From a virus: a stretch of DNA of 64,000 nt. The stretch lies in the IMG/VR virus record IMGVR_UViG_3300048925_000129. One strand, given 5' to 3'. Positions within the stretch are counted from its first letter, which is position 1, and every line of letters starts with the position of its first letter. Positions 52,350 through 61,332 of the stretch are shown here, piece after piece. A program made the translations under genes and the position numbers. The notes below the pieces were generated by a model. The model was not told the DNA's origin. It ran no database searches and saw only the letters and a list, made by a program, of their open reading frames with translations.

Positions 52350-53209
52350 TGACATTTACCGAGTTCCTATCTGATTTAAAGGTAGAATTTAGACAATATT
52401 ACGATGCCAATCTAATTGATGACCTGCTTGTTTATAAGTGGGTCAATCAGGCTTTAAAGAAGTTTGGTGCAACTATAATGGTTGAACAAGACTATATGGT
52501 TTCTGTGGAGAATAACCAAGGTAAATTACCTGAGGGATTTTTCCAGTTGAAGTCAGCCATTCTCTGTGAACCTGATTTTATCCAATGTAGAAAAGAAGAT
52601 GAAAAAGTTCTTTTAAACTCTTTCTTTTGGACTGATGTAGTTAGGAAACAGAAATCCTGGGACATCTGTACTGATGACTGTTGTGAGAATGCAGTAGAAG
52701 AATTTACCATCAGAGAAAAGACTTATATGAATGAGTGTGCAATTACAAAGGTTTATAAGAGCCCAATGCCGCTAAGATTAGGAAAATCATTCAAATCAAG
52801 CTATTGTGCACCAGATTGCCTAAACAAATATACTTCAAGAGCTGCAAATGAGATTAACATTGTGGGAACAACTCTTCAAACCAACTTTAAAGATGGAGAA
52901 GTTTATTTGAAGTATAAAGGACTAGAGCTGGATGATGAAGGGCTTGCAATTATTCCTGAAACTCCAAAGGGGGAAGTATCTACTTATGTGATGGTTTTTG
53001 TTAAGAGAAACATCTTAGAGTATATTCTAGCTAATGGAGAAGACACAAACATAATTACAATATTCCAATACTATAACCAACAAGTACAATCACAATTAGG
53101 GTTAGCTTTAACGGATGCCAAGTTCAGCAGCTTAACTCCTAGATCAATGTACAAATTAAAATTAAGACCTTACTTAGAAAGGCAAGTATTCGAAAATAGA
53201 ATTCACTAA
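52349..53209 (+). CDS. Tail tubular/ring protein
   Basis: KLPEGF...LQTNFKDGEVYLKY....DDEG...IP, upstream of muzzle. Confidence 0.7.
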   Translation: MTFTEFLSDLKVEFRQYYDANLIDDLLVYKWVNQALKKFGATIMVEQDYMVSVENNQGKLPEGFFQLKSAILCEPDFIQCRKEDEKVLLNSFFWTDVVRKQKSWDICTDDCCENAVEEFTIREKTYMNECAITKVYKSPMPLRLGKSFKSSYCAPDCLNKYTSRAANEINIVGTTLQTNFKDGEVYLKYKGLELDDEGLAIIPETPKGEVSTYVMVFVKRNILEYILANGEDTNIITIFQYYNQQVQSQLGLALTDAKFSSLTPRSMYKLKLRPYLERQVFENRIH

Positions 53210-53211
53210 AC

Positions 53212-56200
53212 ATGCAAAATAACCAAAATAGTATCTACATTCCAACAATGGGAATGGATAGAGATTCTCACCCTATAAGACTAAAGGACGGATCTTATAC
53301 TTTTGCAAAAAACATTTCAATAGAAGATTCATCAGGTAACGGTATTCCAATCGTTCAAAATGAGCCTTCTAATATTTTATGTCAAGAAATCAAGGGTGGA
53401 AGAAACGTAATAGGGTTTAAGTATGAACCTTCTTTAAGAAAGACGTTCTTATTTATTACTAACACCATTACCAATGTTTCAGAAGTAGGTTATATTAGTC
53501 ATGATAACTATACATACAACCAGGAAGGAGAAATCCAAGATTGTAATTGTGAGCCAAGTATAGAGCTTGGAACACCTTTAGAAGATCTGATAGAATATAC
53601 AGAGAATTGTGAGTATACCATGCTTATCTCTGATGGATGTACTCAGGCAAACAAATGCTTAAACTTCTCAATAAATCACCCAGTAAAACCAAATAACATA
53701 GTTTTTAAAAATGAACAGTGTGGTAAAAGATTATATTGGACTGATGGTTACAATCCACCTAGATATATTCACTTAGAAGAATTAGAAGAAGGGTTTGCAG
53801 GAGACAAATGGAAGACTAACAGGTATTATCATAATGGAGCTTTAGTTTGTAAACAAGAAATTGATTTAGTTCAGACTTGTTTAAACTGTGAGGCTTTAAA
53901 GATTTTTCCTGATTTTTCTATTCCATGTATTGATATCAAGACAGTAGTAGCAGGAGGTAATCTTTTTGAAGGAACTTATGAGTTTTACATTGCATTTTGT
54001 GATGAAGAAGGAAACGAGATCTCTAACTATTACTCACATACATTCCCTACTCCTATTTTTAACTTCGAAAATGTTGTGGTTGATTCATGGGATATGTCAA
54101 GACAGACAACCTATGGGATTAACATAGAAATGTCTTATTTAGATACAAGTTTCTCATACTACAAAATAGTGTGTGTTTTCAAAAGTGCCCAAGGCCAAAC
54201 TGAAAGGTATTATGATTTAGGAGTTTTTCCTATTTCACAAACTGTTGTTGCCATTTCTACAATGGGTAACTCTAAAGATATCACTTTATCTAAAATCATC
54301 ACTAAGAAGCAGGAAGTAGCTGTAGTTGACAAAATGTCAGAAGCTAATGGATTCCTATTCATGGGAGGATTAACAGCTAAAACTCCACTAAATTTACAAC
54401 CTATTGTAGCTTTAATGGGACCATTTGCTAGATGGAACACTTTAATAGCAAATGAGAAGTTGTATAAGAATGCAGCCTTCTCACAGAAGTTTAGAAGTTA
54501 TATGAGAGATGAATCTTACACTTTCTCATTGACTTTCGGTTATTCAGATGGTACTGAATCAAGTGATTTCATTTTGATTAACAGAGGACCTTATACGGCT
54601 GCTGATTACCAAGCTCTAGGACAAACTATGCCTGGAGACTTAACAGTGGTAGTAAATAACTCTGGAGATGTTCCAGTACCAATTGGTAATGACAAAAACG
54701 TAGCAGCTATGCTTAATAGTAATTTAGCTTGCTTTGATACAAATAGAATTTACAGATGGCAGTACTATAACACTGCTTTAAATAAAGGTATGTCCCTAGC
54801 AAGTTTAGTGGACACAGATATTGATTTATCTAATACCACAGGATTAATTAAAAGGGTAATTCATTCTACCTGTTCATCAGTTGACTTGAATGGATTGAAC
54901 ATAATTCCAGATACGAACATCAGAATAGATGGAGACTACCAGTTCTTTAATGGAACACCAGCAGAGTATCTGAATTCTCACTATGCAGACTTTACAAATC
55001 CTGGATATCCATTCTATTCATCTTATCTTCATGAATTTTTGAAGTTAACTAGATATAATGGTTTAGGATGTTTCTACACATTAAGTGGAACTAGTAGTAA
55101 TTGTAATAATTTCATTTTGGAATCAGAGAATGTTAACTTCTCTCAAGCTGATTTTGTTACTCTTACACCAACTATGTTGCCTTTCTCTAACTACACTTAT
55201 ATGCAGTTAGATTATGTAGAGACTCAGTTTACTAATGGTAACAGGGTAGTAGATACTACCATGAGTACAGCTCTTGGGTTGAAAGGGTATCCACAGATTC
55301 AATTAAGAATTGACACTCAATTAGGGTATACATGTGCTACATCTATTGCTGCATATTCACTAAATAACATCACCCCAGTAGATACTGATGGTTTTATTTT
55401 TAAAAATTTAGGTACTACTATTGATAATTACACTCCAGACTTAGTTTTCTCAGAATATATCACAGGATCTATGCCAGATACCTATGAATATTCATTGAGA
55501 CCTTTGTATGTAAGTGGTAGTGGAATTAAAATGAATGATGCTCCATTAGGTTCTAAGTTTAAATCATCGAATGAAGTATGGAAATTCTTAAAAGTTAAGC
55601 AACAATTTAGTACCAATGTAGCAAAAAATGCCCAATGGTTTAAACTAAATAGCTTAGATACATATCCATACCTGCAAATTAACTTTAAATCTTTAAGTTC
55701 AGTTCCTATTAGTGATTCAGATTTGAATGTTTACTATGTAGTAACAGGAGAAACTGATGTTACAATGAATAGATTGGGTAAAGTTAGAATGTCAATCTTT
55801 GATGGGTGTGCTACTTCAGGTAATAAAACTGCTATTCATTCACAATTTTTCAACTTGACAGACAATCCATTAATTGATGTTAAAACCATTATTAATAATT
55901 TAGGATTAATAACTAATAAATCGTATATAATTTCTTTTGATTGTCCTATACAAAGAGTAGAAAAACAGATTATAAACTTCACTAGAAGATACCATTCTGA
56001 TACTCCTATGCAAGAAAACCAGATTCCACAAGGTGCATACTTACACATGGAAAAAATGGGTATGGGTCAAAATACATACTATAGAGCTAGAAACTTTAAC
56101 CAAAATGATCAACCAGCAACTACATGTATTGATCCTTTAATTCAAATGAACCCAATAGCATGGTCAAGCTCTGGTAACTATACCGAACTTGGAGTCTGTA

Positions 56201-59200
56201 CTGGACCAATTGAATCATTATTTGTACCACCTCCAGCCCCAGTAGCCGATGGCTTTATTTGGACGACTACTTCTCTAGAGAATTCCTTTATGGTAACTCA
56301 GAGAGGTGAGGAGGTTGATTACTATGATTTGACATTATCTAATGCTTTAATAGCTAAAACTCAAGAGTTTCAAAAAGATTGTTACTATAAGGATATTACA
56401 GGACAGGTTTGTGATTATGAAAACTATGAAAATGGTATTTTTGCCTACACAGAATCTACAGAAACTTATCCAGATAATCCTTACCTGTTTGATGCAAGTA
56501 AATTACCTACAAAGATTACTGAGCAATTAGTAAACTCATCAATTTCAGAAACACTAGGAAGTGGAATAAATGACTTTGATATTTTTGAAGGAGTTAAATT
56601 TAAGGACCTATTTAGATTGAACTTTGGGTCCAATTCTAAGTTTGTAGAGGATGCCAAAATAGACTTCACTTGTAAGCCTATTAGACACTTTAAATTTCCA
56701 GATAATACCATAAGTCCATTCATTTATACTAATGAAGTGTTTGACTTTAATGAGACCTTTATTCACCCTCTAGGTGTGAGTATTGATTCAAATGTTGTAA
56801 ACGTATTCTTAAACCTGGCTGTAAAAACAGGTCAGATTACACAAGAGCAAAGAGACTCTATTGTGTATTTCAAAGTTAACAGAGGTACTAGAGGAATTAA
56901 CAGAACAGTTCTATCTAAAGGTTTCTTGTCAGATATGATTAAGTATTCTGATACAGACGGCCCTGAGAATTATTATTCAAATTTTCCATATAACTCACTA
57001 AATAACAAAGAGTTAATATATGCAAATGGAACGAGTCCAATCTCTCATCAAAATGGTAAGAAAGGAAATAGTAGATTCTCTTTCATTTCTCCAGAAGTTA
57101 TGAGTGGAGTTTCAGTAACTCCTACTGAATTTAAACTAGATGGATATGTTTATGGTGGAGGAGTGAGACAGGCTGACGAAGTTAAAGAACATGCTTTAAT
57201 GACTGTATTAACTCAGAATGCTAAAGACCTAGCTATAAAGTTAGGTAAAGCTGAAGCATCTTTTGAGCTTGCCATGAATATTGCTAATGGATTACTCAAT
57301 AGTGTTGAGGCATTTGATATGTTCTATGGATGGACTGGGGTTGGTATCAATATTGGTGGTATGATTAATTTTACTTTAGGTATGGGAACTTTGATTGCTT
57401 TTGAATCGTCAGAGTTCAACAGAAAACTTTACAGTTATGCCTATAAGTGGATGGAAGCTTTTAAAGAAGCAGGTAAAGGAGCAAACTTTGCTTATTATCT
57501 TGCCAGTTCAGGCTACTATAATAATTTCTCTCCTTTGGATAGAATGTCTCAGGAGCAGCTTAGAAGTCTTAGAATATCTAAGGTACTAGAAGATGGAAAT
57601 TATCAAATTAATCATGACTTTGGTACAGTTGTTGATATTAACAATATTGATAGGGAAAAATCTATGTATCTTTACATGGGACCAAATTATCAAACAAATG
57701 GATTCACCTATCCTGACGATTACATTGGGAAAGACAATTCAAATAAGGAACCAACTGAAGATGTAATTAAGAAGAATGAATCATTAAATATAGCCAATCT
57801 CTACGGAGGTCTTAAAATATATAATCCAGCTCAATATGGAAGAATACACAATATTACTTGGGTTCCAGTTCCTGGATGTTTCTATTTAAAGAATGATGAT
57901 ATCAACATTTTTTTTGGAGGTGACACATATATTTCTAGGTTTTCTTATAAGAAGAAATATAACTTCTATTTAGTTACAGAACTTTGGCAGAAGAATTATA
58001 CTCCTATAAAGTATTCCAGATATGATAATGTAGGTAAGAATAAGTATTTTATTGATTATGATTCTGAGGTTACTGATATTGGAAGTTATGGATTACCATT
58101 TGCTGATTCAGCTTATAGACTTCAGTTTAAACAAGAACATGGTAAGTATGTAGATGGGGGTAGATTCTACCATTATGAATATGGATTCCATGATCAATTA
58201 GTAGAATCAGAGATTAACTGTTGGACAAGAGTAGCACTCCCACAAGCTAAGGATAATTTCTTCCCGAACTTCCCAGACTTTATGAAGTTCACTCAAGAGA
58301 CTTATTTAAGCATTAGAGAAAGAGAATCCTTCTTGTATAACAATGTTTATAGTAATGAGGGAGTTAGATATGTAGGTAGATTTCTACCAGACAGTTACGA
58401 GCCAAAATTCTATAATTGTATTAATAACTCACCAAGTGGAATCATAAGATCTCAAGTAGATAGATCAGAAAAAAGAAAAGTTGATCCTTGGTTAATTTAC
58501 AAAGCATTAGATTTTGATAACTTTAAAGCTGCTTATGGTAAGTTCATCTCATTAAAATCAATTGAATCAGAACAATTACTAGCTCTATTTGAGCACAAGT
58601 TAGTTCTTTTAAATAAGATTGATGTTATCAGAGAGAGAACTACTCCAGAGAATGTAGATCTTGGACAGGGTATATTTAATACCAGACCAATTGAGTTTCA
58701 TAGTACAGATAATGGTTATGGAGGATCTCAACACTCTGACATTTTAAGTAATGAATTTGGTCACTTCTATGTAGATGCAAGAAGGGGCCAGGTGTTTCAA
58801 GTTGATCCAAATGGGGAAAACATGACTGAAATTACTACAGGAGTTAGAAACTGGTTTAAAGAACATCTACCATTTAAAATATTAAGAGCTAATATTGATG
58901 GATTAACTGATCTAGATCTAGATAACAACTTTAAAGGAATAGGTATTACTCTAGGATGGGATTCTAGATATAAAAGAGTATTTTTAACTAAATTAGATTA
59001 CGTAGTTAAACCTGAATACAAAGGTAAATTAGAATATAGAGAGATAACAGATGGTAATTCTCTGATTGTAACAAAGGTAATTGTAGATAAAGTAACAGGG
59101 CAGGAAGTAAAATTCTCTAACAGAAATGTTTTTACACCTGCTCACTTTACTATTGCATACAACCCATTGTTTAAAACTTGGATATCGTACTATGCATTCT

Positions 59201-59877
59201 CTCCAAATTATTACATTTCATATGATAACTACTTTAGAACAGGATTAAACGAGTCAAATAATGTAGTAGGTAAAAGTAATGATGGTATGGTTAAAACAGG
59301 TATATGGTCTCACCTATTGACTAATAAGTCTTATGGTGTATTCTATGGTAAGAAACATTTATGGGGTGTAGAGATTGTTTCAAAAGAACAATTTAATCAG
59401 AAGATCATGTCCGATGTCAACTACTGGCTAGATTCCCTAGTGTACCACAATGATTATGACTATGCTCAGAATACAAACTTAGGTTTAGATTCAGCTATTA
59501 TCTATAATAATACTAACAATTCAGGTAAACTGAATTTAATTAGAAGACAGGAAAATAATAGATTCCAGTACACTAAGTATCCTATCTATAATACAGATGG
59601 AAGCTCAGATATTCTGGCATCTTATGATGAAGGAAGTTGGAGATTTAATGACTTCTTCAACAGAACCATAAATGAAAATAATAATGTTCCAATTTGGAAT
59701 TACGATATCAATGCTATCGACAAAGTAATCAATCCAAGAGCTATCTCATTCAAGAGAACCTGGTTGGATAGATTAAGAGGAGATTACTTTATGGTAAGAT
59801 TTGAAGGAGGTAGTGATACAAGATATAAGCAAATTTTCAAGTGGAATTATAACAACGAACAAATAGTAGTATCATAA
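53212..59877 (+). CDS. Muzzle / tail stabilisation protein
   Basis: GMDRD start, YWTDGYNPPRYI, YMRDESY, IRHFKFPD, GGDTYISRF, YGGSQH, WISYYAFSP, RLRGDY. Confidence 0.85.
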   Translation: MQNNQNSIYIPTMGMDRDSHPIRLKDGSYTFAKNISIEDSSGNGIPIVQNEPSNILCQEIKGGRNVIGFKYEPSLRKTFLFITNTITNVSEVGYISHDNYTYNQEGEIQDCNCEPSIELGTPLEDLIEYTENCEYTMLISDGCTQANKCLNFSINHPVKPNNIVFKNEQCGKRLYWTDGYNPPRYIHLEELEEGFAGDKWKTNRYYHNGALVCKQEIDLVQTCLNCEALKIFPDFSIPCIDIKTVVAGGNLFEGTYEFYIAFCDEEGNEISNYYSHTFPTPIFNFENVVVDSWDMSRQTTYGINIEMSYLDTSFSYYKIVCVFKSAQGQTERYYDLGVFPISQTVVAISTMGNSKDITLSKIITKKQEVAVVDKMSEANGFLFMGGLTAKTPLNLQPIVALMGPFARWNTLIANEKLYKNAAFSQKFRSYMRDESYTFSLTFGYSDGTESSDFILINRGPYTAADYQALGQTMPGDLTVVVNNSGDVPVPIGNDKNVAAMLNSNLACFDTNRIYRWQYYNTALNKGMSLASLVDTDIDLSNTTGLIKRVIHSTCSSVDLNGLNIIPDTNIRIDGDYQFFNGTPAEYLNSHYADFTNPGYPFYSSYLHEFLKLTRYNGLGCFYTLSGTSSNCNNFILESENVNFSQADFVTLTPTMLPFSNYTYMQLDYVETQFTNGNRVVDTTMSTALGLKGYPQIQLRIDTQLGYTCATSIAAYSLNNITPVDTDGFIFKNLGTTIDNYTPDLVFSEYITGSMPDTYEYSLRPLYVSGSGIKMNDAPLGSKFKSSNEVWKFLKVKQQFSTNVAKNAQWFKLNSLDTYPYLQINFKSLSSVPISDSDLNVYYVVTGETDVTMNRLGKVRMSIFDGCATSGNKTAIHSQFFNLTDNPLIDVKTIINNLGLITNKSYIISFDCPIQRVEKQIINFTRRYHSDTPMQENQIPQGAYLHMEKMGMGQNTYYRARNFNQNDQPATTCIDPLIQMNPIAWSSSGNYTELGVCTGPIESLFVPPPAPVADGFIWTTTSLENSFMVTQRGEEVDYYDLTLSNALIAKTQEFQKDCYYKDITGQVCDYENYENGIFAYTESTETYPDNPYLFDASKLPTKITEQLVNSSISETLGSGINDFDIFEGVKFKDLFRLNFGSNSKFVEDAKIDFTCKPIRHFKFPDNTISPFIYTNEVFDFNETFIHPLGVSIDSNVVNVFLNLAVKTGQITQEQRDSIVYFKVNRGTRGINRTVLSKGFLSDMIKYSDTDGPENYYSNFPYNSLNNKELIYANGTSPISHQNGKKGNSRFSFISPEVMSGVSVTPTEFKLDGYVYGGGVRQADEVKEHALMTVLTQNAKDLAIKLGKAEASFELAMNIANGLLNSVEAFDMFYGWTGVGINIGGMINFTLGMGTLIAFESSEFNRKLYSYAYKWMEAFKEAGKGANFAYYLASSGYYNNFSPLDRMSQEQLRSLRISKVLEDGNYQINHDFGTVVDINNIDREKSMYLYMGPNYQTNGFTYPDDYIGKDNSNKEPTEDVIKKNESLNIANLYGGLKIYNPAQYGRIHNITWVPVPGCFYLKNDDINIFFGGDTYISRFSYKKKYNFYLVTELWQKNYTPIKYSRYDNVGKNKYFIDYDSEVTDIGSYGLPFADSAYRLQFKQEHGKYVDGGRFYHYEYGFHDQLVESEINCWTRVALPQAKDNFFPNFPDFMKFTQETYLSIRERESFLYNNVYSNEGVRYVGRFLPDSYEPKFYNCINNSPSGIIRSQVDRSEKRKVDPWLIYKALDFDNFKAAYGKFISLKSIESEQLLALFEHKLVLLNKIDVIRERTTPENVDLGQGIFNTRPIEFHSTDNGYGGSQHSDILSNEFGHFYVDARRGQVFQVDPNGENMTEITTGVRNWFKEHLPFKILRANIDGLTDLDLDNNFKGIGITLGWDSRYKRVFLTKLDYVVKPEYKGKLEYREITDGNSLIVTKVIVDKVTGQEVKFSNRNVFTPAHFTIAYNPLFKTWISYYAFSPNYYISYDNYFRTGLNESNNVVGKSNDGMVKTGIWSHLLTNKSYGVFYGKKHLWGVEIVSKEQFNQKIMSDVNYWLDSLVYHNDYDYAQNTNLGLDSAIIYNNTNNSGKLNLIRRQENNRFQYTKYPIYNTDGSSDILASYDEGSWRFNDFFNRTINENNNVPIWNYDINAIDKVINPRAISFKRTWLDRLRGDYFMVRFEGGSDTRYKQIFKWNYNNEQIVVS

Positions 59878-61271
59878 TGCCAAGATTAAAAGATAAAGAC
59901 GGAACACCAGCCTGGAAGTGGAATAAAAAAGCTTCCAGTGTGAATGTTGCCAATTTGAACCCAAATATTATTCAGTACTTTGATACACTCCCTCAGGAGA
60001 TTCAAAGTAGGATTCTGGCAACATCTGGCAATGATTCTGGACATGCAAAAACCAGTAGACACTATGCTGACAATGCAATTGACTTAAGATATGATGATGT
60101 TATCTGGCAATATGTGGCAAAAGACCCAAACAGATTAAAATACGGATTGACTTTGTTAGACCCTGATCATGGGTCTGCAAAGCATATCCATTTGAGTCAT
60201 GGAGATGGTAGTGAAAACAAGAAAGATGTTTGGATGAACCCTTATTCTCCAGAGGCAAGGGATATAATTGGGATGCAGCCAACTGAGGTTAAAAATCCTA
60301 ATCCAACTTTAGTTGGAACAACCAATACTCAGATCATTATGAATGACACTAGTAAAAGGGATGAGTTTTTAAAAGGCTTACAAGATCAGATAAGATTTGA
60401 CTCTCAAGTTGATGCTCAACAGAAGCAGCTTATAGCTCAAGAACAAGAAAGACAACAGATAGCAGCCCAAAGATTTCAAGAAAGAAATGCCATACTGGAT
60501 GCCATAGGTAATAACAACTTGGAGTTTGAAGGTAGAAATTATAAGCCCAATCAACAATTTGCTGATGGGGGAATAGTTGAGGGATTAGATGAGGACATAA
60601 ACTTTATGATTCAAAATCTTAAACAGGATGTTCCTAACTTTGAAAGTCCAGAGTATTTGGCTTTAGTTCAGGAGAATCAAGCTACACAAAATAGACTTTC
60701 TAAAAATATGGAGCTATACGATAAAGCTTATTCTCAATATCAAATGAGTCAGCCTACTATCATCAACAATGAAACATATGGTGCACTTCCTGTTGCAGCC
60801 CCTCAACCACAAGTAGAAGCAAACCCTGAAAAGGTTTCCAGTCTTTCTTCAACAAAAGGAATGCTCTATTCTGAATTAAAAAATTTAGGATTAAATAACT
60901 TTCAAGTTGCAGGTGTGATAGGATCTCTAGGAGGGGAATCCCATGAGAAGATATCCCATACAGCTAGAAATAGTTCTTCAGGAGCTTTTGGTATTGCACA
61001 GTGGTTAGGACCAAGATATAGAAATTTAGTTAAGTTCTCTAATGAACAGGGACTTGATTTTAACTCTCCCGAAGCTCAAGTGAAGTTTCTTATCAGTGAG
61101 TTGAAAGGAAGTGAGAAAGGAACACTAAACAGTATTCTTAAGACTAAGAATCTTTCAGAAGCAACTGAGACATGGACTAGAAAATATGAGAGACCAAGTG
61201 AACAAGAAATTAGAGGTTCCTTAGGTAGAAGAATAAATTTTGCACAAAATTTCTTAAACAGTATAAGTTAA
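59877..61271 (+). CDS. Virion cargo protein with M15-like Zn peptidase and phage tail lysozyme domains
   Basis: SRHYADNAIDL...HIH (N-terminal); AGVIGSLGGES...GAFGIAQW...YERP (C-terminal). Confidence 0.75.
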   Translation: MPRLKDKDGTPAWKWNKKASSVNVANLNPNIIQYFDTLPQEIQSRILATSGNDSGHAKTSRHYADNAIDLRYDDVIWQYVAKDPNRLKYGLTLLDPDHGSAKHIHLSHGDGSENKKDVWMNPYSPEARDIIGMQPTEVKNPNPTLVGTTNTQIIMNDTSKRDEFLKGLQDQIRFDSQVDAQQKQLIAQEQERQQIAAQRFQERNAILDAIGNNNLEFEGRNYKPNQQFADGGIVEGLDEDINFMIQNLKQDVPNFESPEYLALVQENQATQNRLSKNMELYDKAYSQYQMSQPTIINNETYGALPVAAPQPQVEANPEKVSSLSSTKGMLYSELKNLGLNNFQVAGVIGSLGGESHEKISHTARNSSSGAFGIAQWLGPRYRNLVKFSNEQGLDFNSPEAQVKFLISELKGSEKGTLNSILKTKNLSEATETWTRKYERPSEQEIRGSLGRRINFAQNFLNSIS

Positions 61272-61332
61272 TAGTTTTCTTTATACTTTTTATATTTTGT
61301 TATTTTTTTTGTAAATTTGTAAAAATTTTATT

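Noticed and set aside
22278-59877. Inteins or introns in terminase, portal, MCP or the 2221-aa muzzle
   Set aside because: No intein-type N-/C-terminal splice motifs, LAGLIDADG blocks or ORF breaks noticed by eye; an HMM scan would be needed to exclude them fully.
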